NCBI GenBank assembly: GCA_040751955.1
Contig: JBFMFY010000007.1
Location: forward strand, 23,949 to 87,948
DNA from: Bacteroidota bacterium
GTDB taxonomy: Bacteria; Bacteroidota; Ignavibacteria; UBA10030; UBA8401
DNA length: 64,000 nucleotides
Reading direction: 5' to 3'
The first letter of the stretch is position 1; the number at the start of each line of letters is the position of its first letter. The position numbers and the translations under genes were made by a program. The notes under the pieces were generated by a model. The model was not told the DNA's origin. It made no database searches and saw nothing but the letters and a program-made list of their open reading frames with translations. Positions 1 to 8,990 of this stretch are shown piece after piece.

Positions 1-8
1 CATGTTCT

Positions 9-3000
9 GTGACTGAATTTCAATTCTCGATAGACCAAAATAAGCCCCGTAACACATTTTCTCTCAACGGTACGTGGAAAATTTCCGGCGGCGATGAAAA
101 AGATGTTCCAAAGGAATTTACCTCGACGATTCCTGTCCCTGCTGTCGTCGATATGGCTGTTCCGGCATACGATTGGCAGAGGTTCAATTTCCATTGGTAT
201 CGCACTTCGTTCGTAGTTGACGGTCTTTCCGACAGACAATGTATGTTCCTGAAAATTTCCCAGAGCATGTTCGGCACAGAAGTGTGGTTGAACGGTCATC
301 ACCTCGGCGGTTCGATCAGTTGCTACACATCGCACGAATATCCGTTGCACGATTTTTTGAATCGTAACGCTTCGAATGAATTGATCGTCCGCGTTGGTGC
401 AAAACATACACTTCCCCCTGAAAGCGCAGTCGGCAGAGACCAGGAAAAGGAAATGTACACGCCGGGAATTTGGGGTGATGTATCGCTCGAGTGTACCGGC
501 GCCGCGCGTGTGAAACTTGTGCAGGTGATTCCTCACATTGAATCTGCAACTGCTGAAGTACGAGGATGGATTGAAAATCTCATTTCACAACATCAGACAC
601 TTTCTGTTTCGGCAAAAATCATCGAGAAGAAATCCCGCGAGCCGGTTTCATCCGATCATACGGCGATGGTTTCTGTTGCCCCACACTCTGCTGGTCAGGT
701 TGTGTTTCTGATTCCGATTCAGAATATAAAATTATGGTCGCACGAAACGCCGTTTTTGTATGAGGTAGAAGTCGGTGTTTTTTGCCCATCCCCAACCCCT
801 TCCCAAAGGGAAGGGGCAAGCCAAACGCAAAGTCTTTCTTTAGGCGAGGGTAGATATGGTTACCAAACTGCCGATACAAAAGTATATCATTTGCTTGAAC
901 AGTTTGCAAAAGAACATCGAAAAAATCCGACGCAAGCGGAAGCAGTTTTATGGGAGCGTTTGAAATCTAAAGCACTTGAAAATTATAAGTTCAGAAGACA
1001 ACATATAATAGGAAGATATATTACAGATTTTGTTTGTCTGTCAAAAAACCTTGTTATAGAAATTGATGGGTTAATTCACCAGTTGCCGGAAAACAAAGAA
1101 AACGATGGGATTAGAACACAATGGTTGGAGGAGCATGGGTATCGAGTCATTCGATTCTCGAATGAGGAAGTACTGCAAAATCTCGATGTCGTATTGAACA
1201 AAATTTTAGAGGCTTTAAAAGTCCCCTCCTTTGGAGTGGATTTAGAGGAGGCGTGGGAGGATCTAGGTAGGGCGTGTTTCGGCATGCGCGAATTTAAAAT
1301 AGTCGGCTCCGATTTTTATTTGAACGGGAAAAAGATTCTCCTTCGCGGCGGCAACATTGCGTTCCACAGATTTCTTTCGGACAAACAACGGCAATTGCTG
1401 CCGTGGGATGAGCGGTGGATCAAAAAAGCACTGATTGATATTCCGAAAGAGCACAATTTCAATTTCTTCCGCAATCATCTCGGTCAGATGTACAACAAAT
1501 GGTACGATATCGCCGATGAATACGGCATGTTGATACAGAATGAATGGCAATTCTGGTGTGCAACGGGGTCTGATACTCAAATACGAAAAGAGTTCACGGA
1601 GTGGCTGCATGACAATTGGAATCACCCGAGCATCATCATGTGGGATCCGCTGAATGAATCGAGCGATGACACAGTGCAGAATGAAATCGTGCCGGAGATG
1701 AAGAGACTTGATCCGACCCGGCCGTGGGAATCGGTCGATTTTCTTGAGGAGCATCCGTACATCTACTCGCTCGGTATGGTCTTAAACGACCATAAGTTCG
1801 GTTTTGCACGGTCACTCAATGAGATAGAGCATCTTTCCGTTCCATCGATGGTGAATGAATTCTTGTGGTGGTGGTTCAATGACAAATGGGAGCCGACCGT
1901 GCTCACGAAAGAAATTGTTGAACGCTGGATGGGAAGAAATTACTCCAAAGAAGATATCGTCGTTCACCAATCCTTTCTTGCGCAGGAATTGATAGAACTC
2001 TTTCGCAGGTTGCGCGTTAAAGCGATCCAGCCGTTCGTGTACATCAGCAACAACGATGGTCCGACCGCACATTGGTTTCTTGGCGACATTAAAGACCTGC
2101 AACCGAAGCCGGTGTTACAAGCGATCAAGAACGCATTCGCCCCATTCGGCGTCAGCATTGAATTGTGGGACAGGCATTTTGTTGTGAATGAACATCGTGT
2201 ATTACGAATTTTTGTTTTCAACGACTCGCAGTCGGTACGAAGCGGTACATTATCCTTTGGAATACAATCGTCGGACGGCACGTGGGTTTCAAAAAAAGAA
2301 ATTCCTGTCATTGTTGATCCTGTGGGTGATAAAGTTGTACCGCAGGAGATCGTATTTCCTGAAACAGGAGGAGAGTATTCCATTTGTGCAGAGTTGCAAG
2401 AAAACTCGTCCGTTCTTGCTATCAGCACAAAGATCGTGCATGTGTTTGAGAAACCTCAACCCCCGAATATGAAGAAAAATATTGTCGTTCTCGATCCGTC
2501 AAACGAAATCAACGAGTTTCTTTCCGGAATAAATATCCGGTGTACGGATTTTGGAGATGGATTTACTGCTGCCGGAATTGTTTTGACTCACGGGGATGTT
2601 TTCTCGAATCAAGTGTATCAGCGGCAGCAGAGAGCGCTATCCGATTTTGTAAAAAATGGCGGAACAGTTGTGTTGATTGAACCTGAATTCCGGGTTGTTG
2701 GCAGCGCCGTGCACACTGTTGTTGATGGCATCGATCTGAAAATTTCACACCGCGCCGACCTTGATAAAGGGGGATATGATTCGTACGTTTTTGCCGAAGA
2801 TCATACGCATCCGTTGTGGAAGAATATCACAAAAGAACACCTGAAGTTTTTCAACGGTGCGTACGGCGGTGAGATTGTCTCGCAGTATGATGTTGATTTC
2901 TCTGTACCCTCAAAACGATTGGCGAGCTGCGGAATGCATCTCAATGTTGTCGCTGCTTCCGAAGTGAGATATGGAAAAGGGAAGATCATTCTTTTCCGTC

Positions 3001-3107
3001 TGCAATTGCGCGGAAGATTAAAGCAACAATCGCAATCCGAATCGTTGTATGCTCGCAGAACCGATCCGGTTGCACAGCAGTTGCTGTGTAACATCATCGA
3101 ATATTGA
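9..3107 (+). CDS. Glycoside hydrolase family 2 protein (beta-mannosidase/beta-galactosidase-like), 5' end probably outside the window. It carries an in-frame DUF559 endonuclease-like insertion of about 164 aa between the beta-sandwich and TIM-barrel domains.
   Basis: The N-terminal part shows GH2 sugar-binding/Ig-like beta-sandwich sequence and has no signal peptide. The ORF opens with GTG at the window edge, so it is likely truncated. After the insert comes the typical GH2 'FGxRxxxxxxxxFxLNGKxxxLRG' stretch and a TIM barrel with 'WDPLNES'. The middle segment (about nt 783-1275) is homologous to the DUF559 ORF at 7540-7977. Confidence 0.7.
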   Translation: MTEFQFSIDQNKPRNTFSLNGTWKISGGDEKDVPKEFTSTIPVPAVVDMAVPAYDWQRFNFHWYRTSFVVDGLSDRQCMFLKISQSMFGTEVWLNGHHLGGSISCYTSHEYPLHDFLNRNASNELIVRVGAKHTLPPESAVGRDQEKEMYTPGIWGDVSLECTGAARVKLVQVIPHIESATAEVRGWIENLISQHQTLSVSAKIIEKKSREPVSSDHTAMVSVAPHSAGQVVFLIPIQNIKLWSHETPFLYEVEVGVFCPSPTPSQREGASQTQSLSLGEGRYGYQTADTKVYHLLEQFAKEHRKNPTQAEAVLWERLKSKALENYKFRRQHIIGRYITDFVCLSKNLVIEIDGLIHQLPENKENDGIRTQWLEEHGYRVIRFSNEEVLQNLDVVLNKILEALKVPSFGVDLEEAWEDLGRACFGMREFKIVGSDFYLNGKKILLRGGNIAFHRFLSDKQRQLLPWDERWIKKALIDIPKEHNFNFFRNHLGQMYNKWYDIADEYGMLIQNEWQFWCATGSDTQIRKEFTEWLHDNWNHPSIIMWDPLNESSDDTVQNEIVPEMKRLDPTRPWESVDFLEEHPYIYSLGMVLNDHKFGFARSLNEIEHLSVPSMVNEFLWWWFNDKWEPTVLTKEIVERWMGRNYSKEDIVVHQSFLAQELIELFRRLRVKAIQPFVYISNNDGPTAHWFLGDIKDLQPKPVLQAIKNAFAPFGVSIELWDRHFVVNEHRVLRIFVFNDSQSVRSGTLSFGIQSSDGTWVSKKEIPVIVDPVGDKVVPQEIVFPETGGEYSICAELQENSSVLAISTKIVHVFEKPQPPNMKKNIVVLDPSNEINEFLSGINIRCTDFGDGFTAAGIVLTHGDVFSNQVYQRQQRALSDFVKNGGTVVLIEPEFRVVGSAVHTVVDGIDLKISHRADLDKGGYDSYVFAEDHTHPLWKNITKEHLKFFNGAYGGEIVSQYDVDFSVPSKRLASCGMHLNVVAASEVRYGKGKIILFRLQLRGRLKQQSQSESLYARRTDPVAQQLLCNIIEY
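783..1275 (+). mobile_element. DUF559 (Vsr-like endonuclease fold) cassette inserted in-frame into the GH2 gene. It is bracketed by GC-rich hairpins: CCCCTTCCC-aaa-GGGAAGGGG at about 796-816, and CCTCC..GGAGG at about 1224-1258.
   Basis: The segment 'YHLLEQFAKEH...WERL...RRQHIIGRYITDFVC...IEIDGLIHQ...RTQWLEEHGYRVIRFSNEEV' aligns at roughly 40% identity with the standalone DUF559 ORF at 7540-7977. The flanks translate to the 'PSPTPSQREGA' peptide class seen as 'SSPLPPQGGGK' and 'SSPVPPQGEG' at the second copy. There is no stop codon and the host reading frame is preserved. Confidence 0.55.
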
Positions 3108-3121
3108 ACATAAGGAATACC

Positions 3122-3853
3122 ATGAAGACCATTGTCGCAGTCATCCTCGTTATTTCTTTTTTTCTGCTTACCGGCTGTTCAGCATCGAAAGAGTGGACAC
3201 TTGCAACCGGTCAGCATCCGCACAGTTTTGAAAAGGAAGTCGTAAAAAAAGCGTCGTTGAATTTTCTCCTGTATCTTCCGAAAAATTACGGAGAACCGGG
3301 CAAAACGTATCCGTTGCTGATGTTTCTTCACGGTTCCGGTGAAAGAGGAAACGACCTCAACAAATTGAAAGTGCACAGCATTCCGAACATCGTTGATGGG
3401 AAAGACGATTTTCCATTCATCGTGGTTTCGCCGCAATGTCCCGAAAGTAAACGATGGGATGCGGAAGAATTAAATCTTTTACTCGACGATATCATTGCGC
3501 GATTGCCGATCGACACGACGCGTGTGTATCTTACCGGCTTAAGCATGGGTGGATACGGCACGTGGAAATTTGCTGCAGCGTATCCCGAACGATTTGCTGC
3601 AATTGCACCGGTCTGCGGCGGCGGCACGCTTGAAGACACGTGGCGCTTGCGCGACATGCCTGTATGGGCATTTCACGGAGCAAAAGATGATCTCGTTCTG
3701 CCGATTGAGAGCGAACGAATGATCGAGTCATTGAAACGGATGGGAAACACGAAAGTGAAATATACAGTATATCCCGAAGCCAATCATAATTCGTGGGATG
3801 CAACCTACGCAAATCCCGAACTGTATGAATGGTTCCTTCAACACAAAAAATAA
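3122..3853 (+). CDS. Secreted lipoprotein alpha/beta-hydrolase (carbohydrate esterase or predicted peptidase, COG4099-like).
   Basis: ATG at 3122 is preceded by an aaggaat RBS. The signal/lipobox is 'FLLTGCS'. 'FLHGSGERGND' and the nucleophile elbow 'GLSMGGYG' are present. The TTG at 3104 given by the ORF track overlaps the upstream stop and is less likely. Confidence 0.65.
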   Translation: MKTIVAVILVISFFLLTGCSASKEWTLATGQHPHSFEKEVVKKASLNFLLYLPKNYGEPGKTYPLLMFLHGSGERGNDLNKLKVHSIPNIVDGKDDFPFIVVSPQCPESKRWDAEELNLLLDDIIARLPIDTTRVYLTGLSMGGYGTWKFAAAYPERFAAIAPVCGGGTLEDTWRLRDMPVWAFHGAKDDLVLPIESERMIESLKRMGNTKVKYTVYPEANHNSWDATYANPELYEWFLQHKK

Positions 3854-3863
3854 ATTGGACGCT

Positions 3864-6107
3864 ATGAGAAATACAATACTGAAAATCTTTTGTGCTGCAC
3901 TTGTTGTCTGTGGTGCACTGTTGGCGCAGTCCCCGGTGCAACTTCTTTCGCCGCCGACGGAAGCGAAGATCGATTCTATCATCAAACTGATGACGACAGA
4001 AGAGAAGCTGGGGCAATTGAACCAGATCGGCGGAACATGGTATGACACAAAAACAGAACGGCTGAACGAAGAGCAGACCGAGCTCTTAAAAGCCGGGAGT
4101 ATTGGATCGTTTCTCGGCATCAATGGCGCGGCTGAAACGGGAAGGATACAACGAATTGCGATGGAAGAAACACGCATGAAGATTCCCGTGCTGTTCGGTG
4201 CGGACATCATTCATGGTTTCCGTACAATCACGCCGATACCTCTGGCTGAGGCAAGTTCGTGGAACCCGGAACTGGTTGAACGCTCTGCACGCATTGCTGC
4301 AATTGAAGGTGCATCTGCCGGTGTGCATTGGACGTACGCACCAATGGTGGACATTGCACGCGATCCGCGCTGGGGAAGAATTGCCGAAGGGTCCGGTGAA
4401 GATCCATATCTCGGCTCGGTAATGGCAGCGGCACGAGTGAAAGGATTTCAAGGAAAGAATCTTTTGGAATTCGGTTCTCTGCTTGCGTGTGCAAAACATT
4501 TTGCAGCATACGGCGGTGCAGAAGCAGGGCGGGATTACAATACGGTCGATATGTCCGAACGAACATTGCGCGAAGTCTATCTTCCTCCGTACAAAGCAGC
4601 AATTGATGCAGGTGCATGGACACTCATGAGTGCGTTCAATGAAATCGGCGGCGTGCCGAGTTCCGGAAGTCACTGGCTGATGACAGATCTGCTGAGAAAA
4701 GAATGGGGATTCAAAGGATTGGTTGTGAGTGACTACACAGCGATCATGGAATTGCTGAATCATCGTATTGCCAAAGATAGCACCGAAGCGGGGATTGTCG
4801 GGCTCTCCGCGGGAGTTGACATTGACATGGTGAGCAGAATTTATATCTATAAACTTGCCGAAGCTGTCCGCACTGGAAAATTATCCGAAGAAATTGTCAA
4901 CGAAGCGGTACGAAGAGTGCTGCGGGTGAAATTTGCATACGGTTTGTTTGACAATCCGTACCGCAATGCGAATCCGGAGAAAGAAAAAGAGCTGCTGTTG
5001 CATAAGGATCATCGCGCTGTTGCGCGGGAGATGGCGCGGCAATCCATCGTGCTGTTGAAGAATGAACGCACGCTTCTTCCACTTGATAAAGCCACAAAAA
5101 AAATTGCACTCATCGGTCCATTGGCTGGAAACGAACATCGCCGCGATCTTGCCGGTGCATGGGCATGGGTTCAAAATCCTGACGATGTTGTTTCGGTTAT
5201 CGAAGGTATTAAATCTAAAATTTCTCAAACGGCAAAAATATTGTATGATAAAGGATGCGAGATCGAATCCGATTCCGGTGCACGTATTTCACAGGCGGTA
5301 AAACTGGCGAAACAATCGGATGTCGTGATCGCGGTGTTGGGAGAGTCGCAGCATGTGAGTGGCGAGGCGGCGAGCAAAACGAATCTTGATCTTCCGTCCA
5401 TGCAAAAAGAATTGCTCAAAGCATTGCACAAAACGGGCAAACCGATCGTTCTTGTGGTGATGAACGGCCGTCCCCTCACGCTGCAATGGGAAGCAGACAA
5501 CATCCCTGCAATTGTTGAAGCGTGGCATCTCGGTGTTGAAACAGGCAACGCACTTGCCGACGTACTGTTTGGCGATTACAATCCGAGCGGCAAATTGCCG
5601 GTCACGTTTCCCCGAAGCGTCGGACAAATTCCGATCTACTATAACCACAAAAACACCGGACGCCCGATGACAGCGAGTGACAAATACACATCCCGATATC
5701 TCGATTCGCCGAACTCGCCGTTGTATCCATTCGGGTACGGACTTTCGTACACAACATTTGCGTACAGCAATCTGAAAGTTTCTTCTTCATCTATTAAAAA
5801 AAATCAAACCATCACTGTTTCCGTTGATGTGGAGAATACGGGAATACGGAGCGGCGATGAAGTCGTTCAATTATATATCCGTGATGATGTTGCAACAGTA
5901 ACACGCCCGGTGAAAGAATTGAAAGGGTTCAAAAAAATCCCGTTGAATCCGGGTGAAAAGAAAACCGTCGAGTTTACGTTGACGCCGGACGATCTTTCGT
6001 TTTATAATCTTGAAATGAAAAAGGTTGTAGAGGCAGGTACATTTACTCTCTTCGCAGGCGGAAATTCTGAAGACTGCATCGAAACGAAGTTCGAGGTAAC
6101 AGAATAA
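3864..6107 (+). CDS. bglX: Periplasmic beta-glucosidase, glycoside hydrolase family 3 (BglX-like).
   Basis: ATG at 3864 is followed by a signal peptide, 'MRNTILKIFCAALVVCGALLAQ'. The GH3 N-terminal domain carries the nucleophile motif 'GFKGLVVSDY', and GH3 C-terminal and FnIII-like domains follow. The longer ORF beginning at 3798 overlaps the previous gene. Confidence 0.85.
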   Translation: MRNTILKIFCAALVVCGALLAQSPVQLLSPPTEAKIDSIIKLMTTEEKLGQLNQIGGTWYDTKTERLNEEQTELLKAGSIGSFLGINGAAETGRIQRIAMEETRMKIPVLFGADIIHGFRTITPIPLAEASSWNPELVERSARIAAIEGASAGVHWTYAPMVDIARDPRWGRIAEGSGEDPYLGSVMAAARVKGFQGKNLLEFGSLLACAKHFAAYGGAEAGRDYNTVDMSERTLREVYLPPYKAAIDAGAWTLMSAFNEIGGVPSSGSHWLMTDLLRKEWGFKGLVVSDYTAIMELLNHRIAKDSTEAGIVGLSAGVDIDMVSRIYIYKLAEAVRTGKLSEEIVNEAVRRVLRVKFAYGLFDNPYRNANPEKEKELLLHKDHRAVAREMARQSIVLLKNERTLLPLDKATKKIALIGPLAGNEHRRDLAGAWAWVQNPDDVVSVIEGIKSKISQTAKILYDKGCEIESDSGARISQAVKLAKQSDVVIAVLGESQHVSGEAASKTNLDLPSMQKELLKALHKTGKPIVLVVMNGRPLTLQWEADNIPAIVEAWHLGVETGNALADVLFGDYNPSGKLPVTFPRSVGQIPIYYNHKNTGRPMTASDKYTSRYLDSPNSPLYPFGYGLSYTTFAYSNLKVSSSSIKKNQTITVSVDVENTGIRSGDEVVQLYIRDDVATVTRPVKELKGFKKIPLNPGEKKTVEFTLTPDDLSFYNLEMKKVVEAGTFTLFAGGNSEDCIETKFEVTE

Positions 6108-6146
6108 TGTTTTAACACACAGGCACGATGTATCTAATTTTTTTCG

Positions 6147-7454
6147 TTGAAAAATAAAACTCTATATATAGCGCTTGCTCTCTTGTCCATAGTTACTCTT
6201 CGCTGCAACAGATCAACAGATGCCGTCACCGTCATCAAATTCTGGGGATTAGGAAACGAAGGTGAGATGGTTGTGCCGCTCATCAAAGAATTTGAGCGCC
6301 GGAATCCGACCATCAAAGTGGAGATGCAGCAGATACCGTGGACTGCCGCGCATGAAAAATTGCTCACTGCGTACGCCGGAGAATCGACGCCGGATGTCGG
6401 TCAACTGGGAAATACCTGGCTGCCCGAATTCTCCGTCCTCAACTCGCTTGAGCCGCTTCATCCCTTTGCAAAAAATTCGGCATTTGTCGATCTCAACGAT
6501 ATTTTTCCAGGTGTGTTGAAAACGAATATTATTGATTCGGTTTTGTGCGGGATTCCATGGTATGTTGATACGCGCGTGGTGTACTATCGTAAGGATGTGT
6601 TGAAACAGGCAGGCTTTGATGAGTTTCCTAAAACGTGGGATGAGGTGTTGAAAGCATCCGAAATCATTCAACGTCAGGCAAAAGCGAAGAATAAAATCTG
6701 CTACCCATTCTTCCTTCCGACCAATGAATGGGTCCCCGCGATCGCGCTCGGGATGCAATCCGGCGGAAATTTCCTGAAGAACAAGAACTCGCAGGGAAAT
6801 TTCAGCGGAGAACAATTCAGCAAAGCGTTCACATTGTTGAATGAATTTTACCGCAGGCAGTACTCGCCGTCGGGAATGCAGTTGATCACCAACCTGTACA
6901 ATTCGATCTCCGACGGATTGATCACTATGTACATCACCGGTCCGTGGAATATCGGGGAATTTACCAGGCGCATTCCCGCGCATCTGCAGGATGAATGGAT
7001 GACCGCGCCGTTGCCGTCGATGGATTCGCAATTGCCCGGCACGTCGCTTCCGCTCGGCACCAGTCTCGTGATCTTCAAAAATAGCAAACATAAAGATGCT
7101 GCATGGAAGCTGATAGAATTTCTTTCCTCCGTTGAACAAACGGTTGAGTTCTACAAAATTACCGGCAATCTGCCGCCGCGGCAGTCGGCGTGGAATGATT
7201 CATCGTTGTCAAACAATAAATACATCAAGGCGTTCTACCGGCAGTTGCAGCGCGTCGATCCGCTGCCGCAGATTCCCGAATGGGAACAGATTGTGATTCG
7301 GTTGCAAACGTATGTTGAATACATTGCGACAGGCACGATGACAGTTGAACAAGCGCTGAAACAATTTGACGGTGAAGTAGATGTGATGTTGGAGAAACGA
7401 AGGTGGTTGGTGGAAAAATCCTCCCCCTTACCCCCTCAGGGAGGGGGAAAATAG
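6147..7454 (+). CDS. ABC transporter sugar-binding protein (solute-binding protein family 1, MalE/UgpB-like).
   Basis: The start is TTG with an N-terminal signal/lipobox ('TLRC'). SBP_bac_1-like sequence runs throughout. The last 11 aa ('SSPLPPQGGGK') are encoded by the hairpin repeat of the adjacent DUF559 cassette. Confidence 0.8.
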   Translation: MKNKTLYIALALLSIVTLRCNRSTDAVTVIKFWGLGNEGEMVVPLIKEFERRNPTIKVEMQQIPWTAAHEKLLTAYAGESTPDVGQLGNTWLPEFSVLNSLEPLHPFAKNSAFVDLNDIFPGVLKTNIIDSVLCGIPWYVDTRVVYYRKDVLKQAGFDEFPKTWDEVLKASEIIQRQAKAKNKICYPFFLPTNEWVPAIALGMQSGGNFLKNKNSQGNFSGEQFSKAFTLLNEFYRRQYSPSGMQLITNLYNSISDGLITMYITGPWNIGEFTRRIPAHLQDEWMTAPLPSMDSQLPGTSLPLGTSLVIFKNSKHKDAAWKLIEFLSSVEQTVEFYKITGNLPPRQSAWNDSSLSNNKYIKAFYRQLQRVDPLPQIPEWEQIVIRLQTYVEYIATGTMTVEQALKQFDGEVDVMLEKRRWLVEKSSPLPPQGGGK

Positions 7455-7977
7455 TGGGAGGTTTTGCGGTGTGTAATGTTTTAGAAAAATGTTAAGTCTC
7501 ATTTTTCCCCTCGTAGAGGGGGATTAAGGGGGAGGAGTTGTGAATCAGGAAAAAGCCGGGAAAGACAACCACTACGGATATAACAGCAGACTACAACCAT
7601 TTGCGCGGGCGAACAGAAATGGGATGACGAAAGCCGAAGCATGTCTGTGGAAATATGTTCTGCGTGCGGGAATGATGAAAGGGTACGGTTTTCGGCGCCA
7701 GCGTCCGGTGCTGAACTATATAGCAGATTTTATGTGCAAGGAATTGATGTTGATAATTGAAGTCGACGGCTTCACGCATCAATTTGAAGAGACGATCAAG
7801 AAAGACAAGATCAGGCAACAGCGATTGGAAGAGGCAGGGTTTATTGTGTTGAGATTTACTGATGATAACGTGCTACATAGTATTGAAAACGTTCGTCAAC
7901 AAATTTTGTTTACTGTTGAGACGATCGAAAAGCGAAGGGGAATTTCCTCCCCCGTACCCCCTCAAGGAGAGGGATAG
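7421..7977 (+). mobile_element. DUF559 endonuclease-like cassette with flanking GC-rich hairpins, inserted between the SBP and permease genes.
   Basis: Three hairpins bracket the cassette. The first is CCCCCTC-agg-GAGGGGG at 7430-7450. The second is CCCCTC-gta-GAGGGG followed by GGGGGAGGAG at 7503-7536. The third is CCTCCCCCGTACCCCCTCAAGGAGAGGG at 7946-7975, at the gene's 3' end. The cassette sits between co-oriented SBP and permease genes. Confidence 0.55.
7540..7977 (+). CDS. DUF559 domain protein (Vsr-like / restriction-endonuclease-fold family).
   Basis: The 145-aa product contains 'LW..L....GYGFRRQRPVLNYIADFMC....IIEVDGFTHQ........RQQRLEEAGFIVLRFTDDNV', typical of PF04480. It starts with GTG, or possibly at an internal M. 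Confidence 0.7.
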   Translation: MNQEKAGKDNHYGYNSRLQPFARANRNGMTKAEACLWKYVLRAGMMKGYGFRRQRPVLNYIADFMCKELMLIIEVDGFTHQFEETIKKDKIRQQRLEEAGFIVLRFTDDNVLHSIENVRQQILFTVETIEKRRGISSPVPPQGEG

Positions 7978-8004
7978 TTGTTAGATCAATTTAAGTTTGT
8001 ACCC

Positions 8005-8889
8005 ATGTTCAACAACACCCGCACCGCCGCCGCATGGATCTTTCTCTCTCCCGCCATGGGAGTGATCGGAATATTTTTTGTTTTGCCCGTGCTCGCGGCA
8101 TTCGTGCTCAGTTTTACCGACTTTGATATATACGCACTTGGCAATTGGGATTATATTCGCTTTGTCGGATTTCAGAATTATGTCAGAATCATCGAAACGC
8201 CGCTCTTCTGGAAGGCACTGAAAAATACATTCTACTTTGTTCTGGTCGGCGGACCGTTATCTGTTGCTGTTTCCCTCGGAACTGCGCTAATGTTGAATTC
8301 GAAACTCGCAAAGTTCAGGTCGCTGTACCGCACAATCTATTTTCTGCCTGTCGTTTCTAGTCTCATTGCAGTAGCGATCATCTGGCGTTACCTCTATCAT
8401 CCTGCGCATGGCATTCTCAATTACCTTCTGTCGCAATTCGGCATTGCGCCGATCGATTGGCTTGGCGATCCCGACATTGCAATGCCGGCAATCATTCTTA
8501 TGGCGGTGTGGAAGAACTTCGGATACAACATGCTCATCTTCATTGCCGGTCTTCAAAATATTCCCGACGATCTGTATGAAGCGGCGCATCTGGACGGCGC
8601 AAGTTGGTGGCAGCAGTTCAAAGAGATCACGATACCAATGTTGAAGCCGACCACCGTCTTTGTCGTGATGATCACGATCATCGGTTACTTTCAATTATTC
8701 GCCGAACCGTACGTGATGACGCAGGGGGGACCGTTGAATTCTACGACGAGCATTGTGTTGTTGATGTATGAGCAAGGATTTCGCTGGTGGAGCATGGGGT
8801 ATGCTGCTGCGATTGCATTTGTTCTGTTTGCCATAATTTTAGTCTTTACGGTTGTTCAAATGTTTCTGCAACGAAGCGTGCGACAGTAA
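8005..8889 (+). CDS. Carbohydrate ABC transporter permease (MalF/UgpA-like).
   Basis: Six TM segments are predicted and the EAA loop 'EAAHLDGASWWQQFKEITIPMLKP' is present. The start is ATG at 8005 ('MFNNTRTAAAWIFL'). Confidence 0.8.
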   Translation: MFNNTRTAAAWIFLSPAMGVIGIFFVLPVLAAFVLSFTDFDIYALGNWDYIRFVGFQNYVRIIETPLFWKALKNTFYFVLVGGPLSVAVSLGTALMLNSKLAKFRSLYRTIYFLPVVSSLIAVAIIWRYLYHPAHGILNYLLSQFGIAPIDWLGDPDIAMPAIILMAVWKNFGYNMLIFIAGLQNIPDDLYEAAHLDGASWWQQFKEITIPMLKPTTVFVVMITIIGYFQLFAEPYVMTQGGPLNSTTSIVLLMYEQGFRWWSMGYAAAIAFVLFAIILVFTVVQMFLQRSVRQ

Positions 8890-8894
8890 CAATT

Positions 8895-8976
8895 AAGTCA
8901 TCCGATGAGTGTATTAAATTCTTATGATAAGTCTGGGAAATCGTGCGCATCAAAGTAGTGATTCATCGGATGACTT
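8895..8976. repeat. Perfect 14-bp inverted repeat with a loop of about 54 nt (AAGTCATCCGATGA ... TCATCGGATGACTT), in the intergenic region between the two permease genes.
   Basis: The arms at 8895-8908 and 8963-8976 are exact reverse complements of each other. Confidence 0.7.
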
Positions 8977-8990
8977 CTTTCTAAAAACAA

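Noticed and set aside
783-1275. Intein interpretation of the in-frame DUF559 insertion
   Set aside because: No Cys/Ser/Thr at the N-extein junction followed by a C-terminal His-Asn plus Cys/Ser/Thr is evident. No Hint-domain blocks are seen. The flanks are nucleic-acid hairpins, which is typical of a DNA element.
1263-1754. 163-aa minus-strand ORF inside the GH2 gene
   Set aside because: It is a shadow ORF opposite the conserved GH2 TIM-barrel coding sequence.
3798-3863. Upstream start for the GH3 gene overlapping the esterase gene by 56 nt
   Set aside because: The internal ATG at 3864 is followed immediately by a canonical signal peptide.
6249-7139. 296-aa ORF on the minus strand inside the sugar-binding protein gene
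   Set aside because: It is antisense to a conserved CDS and gives an Arg-rich low-complexity translation.
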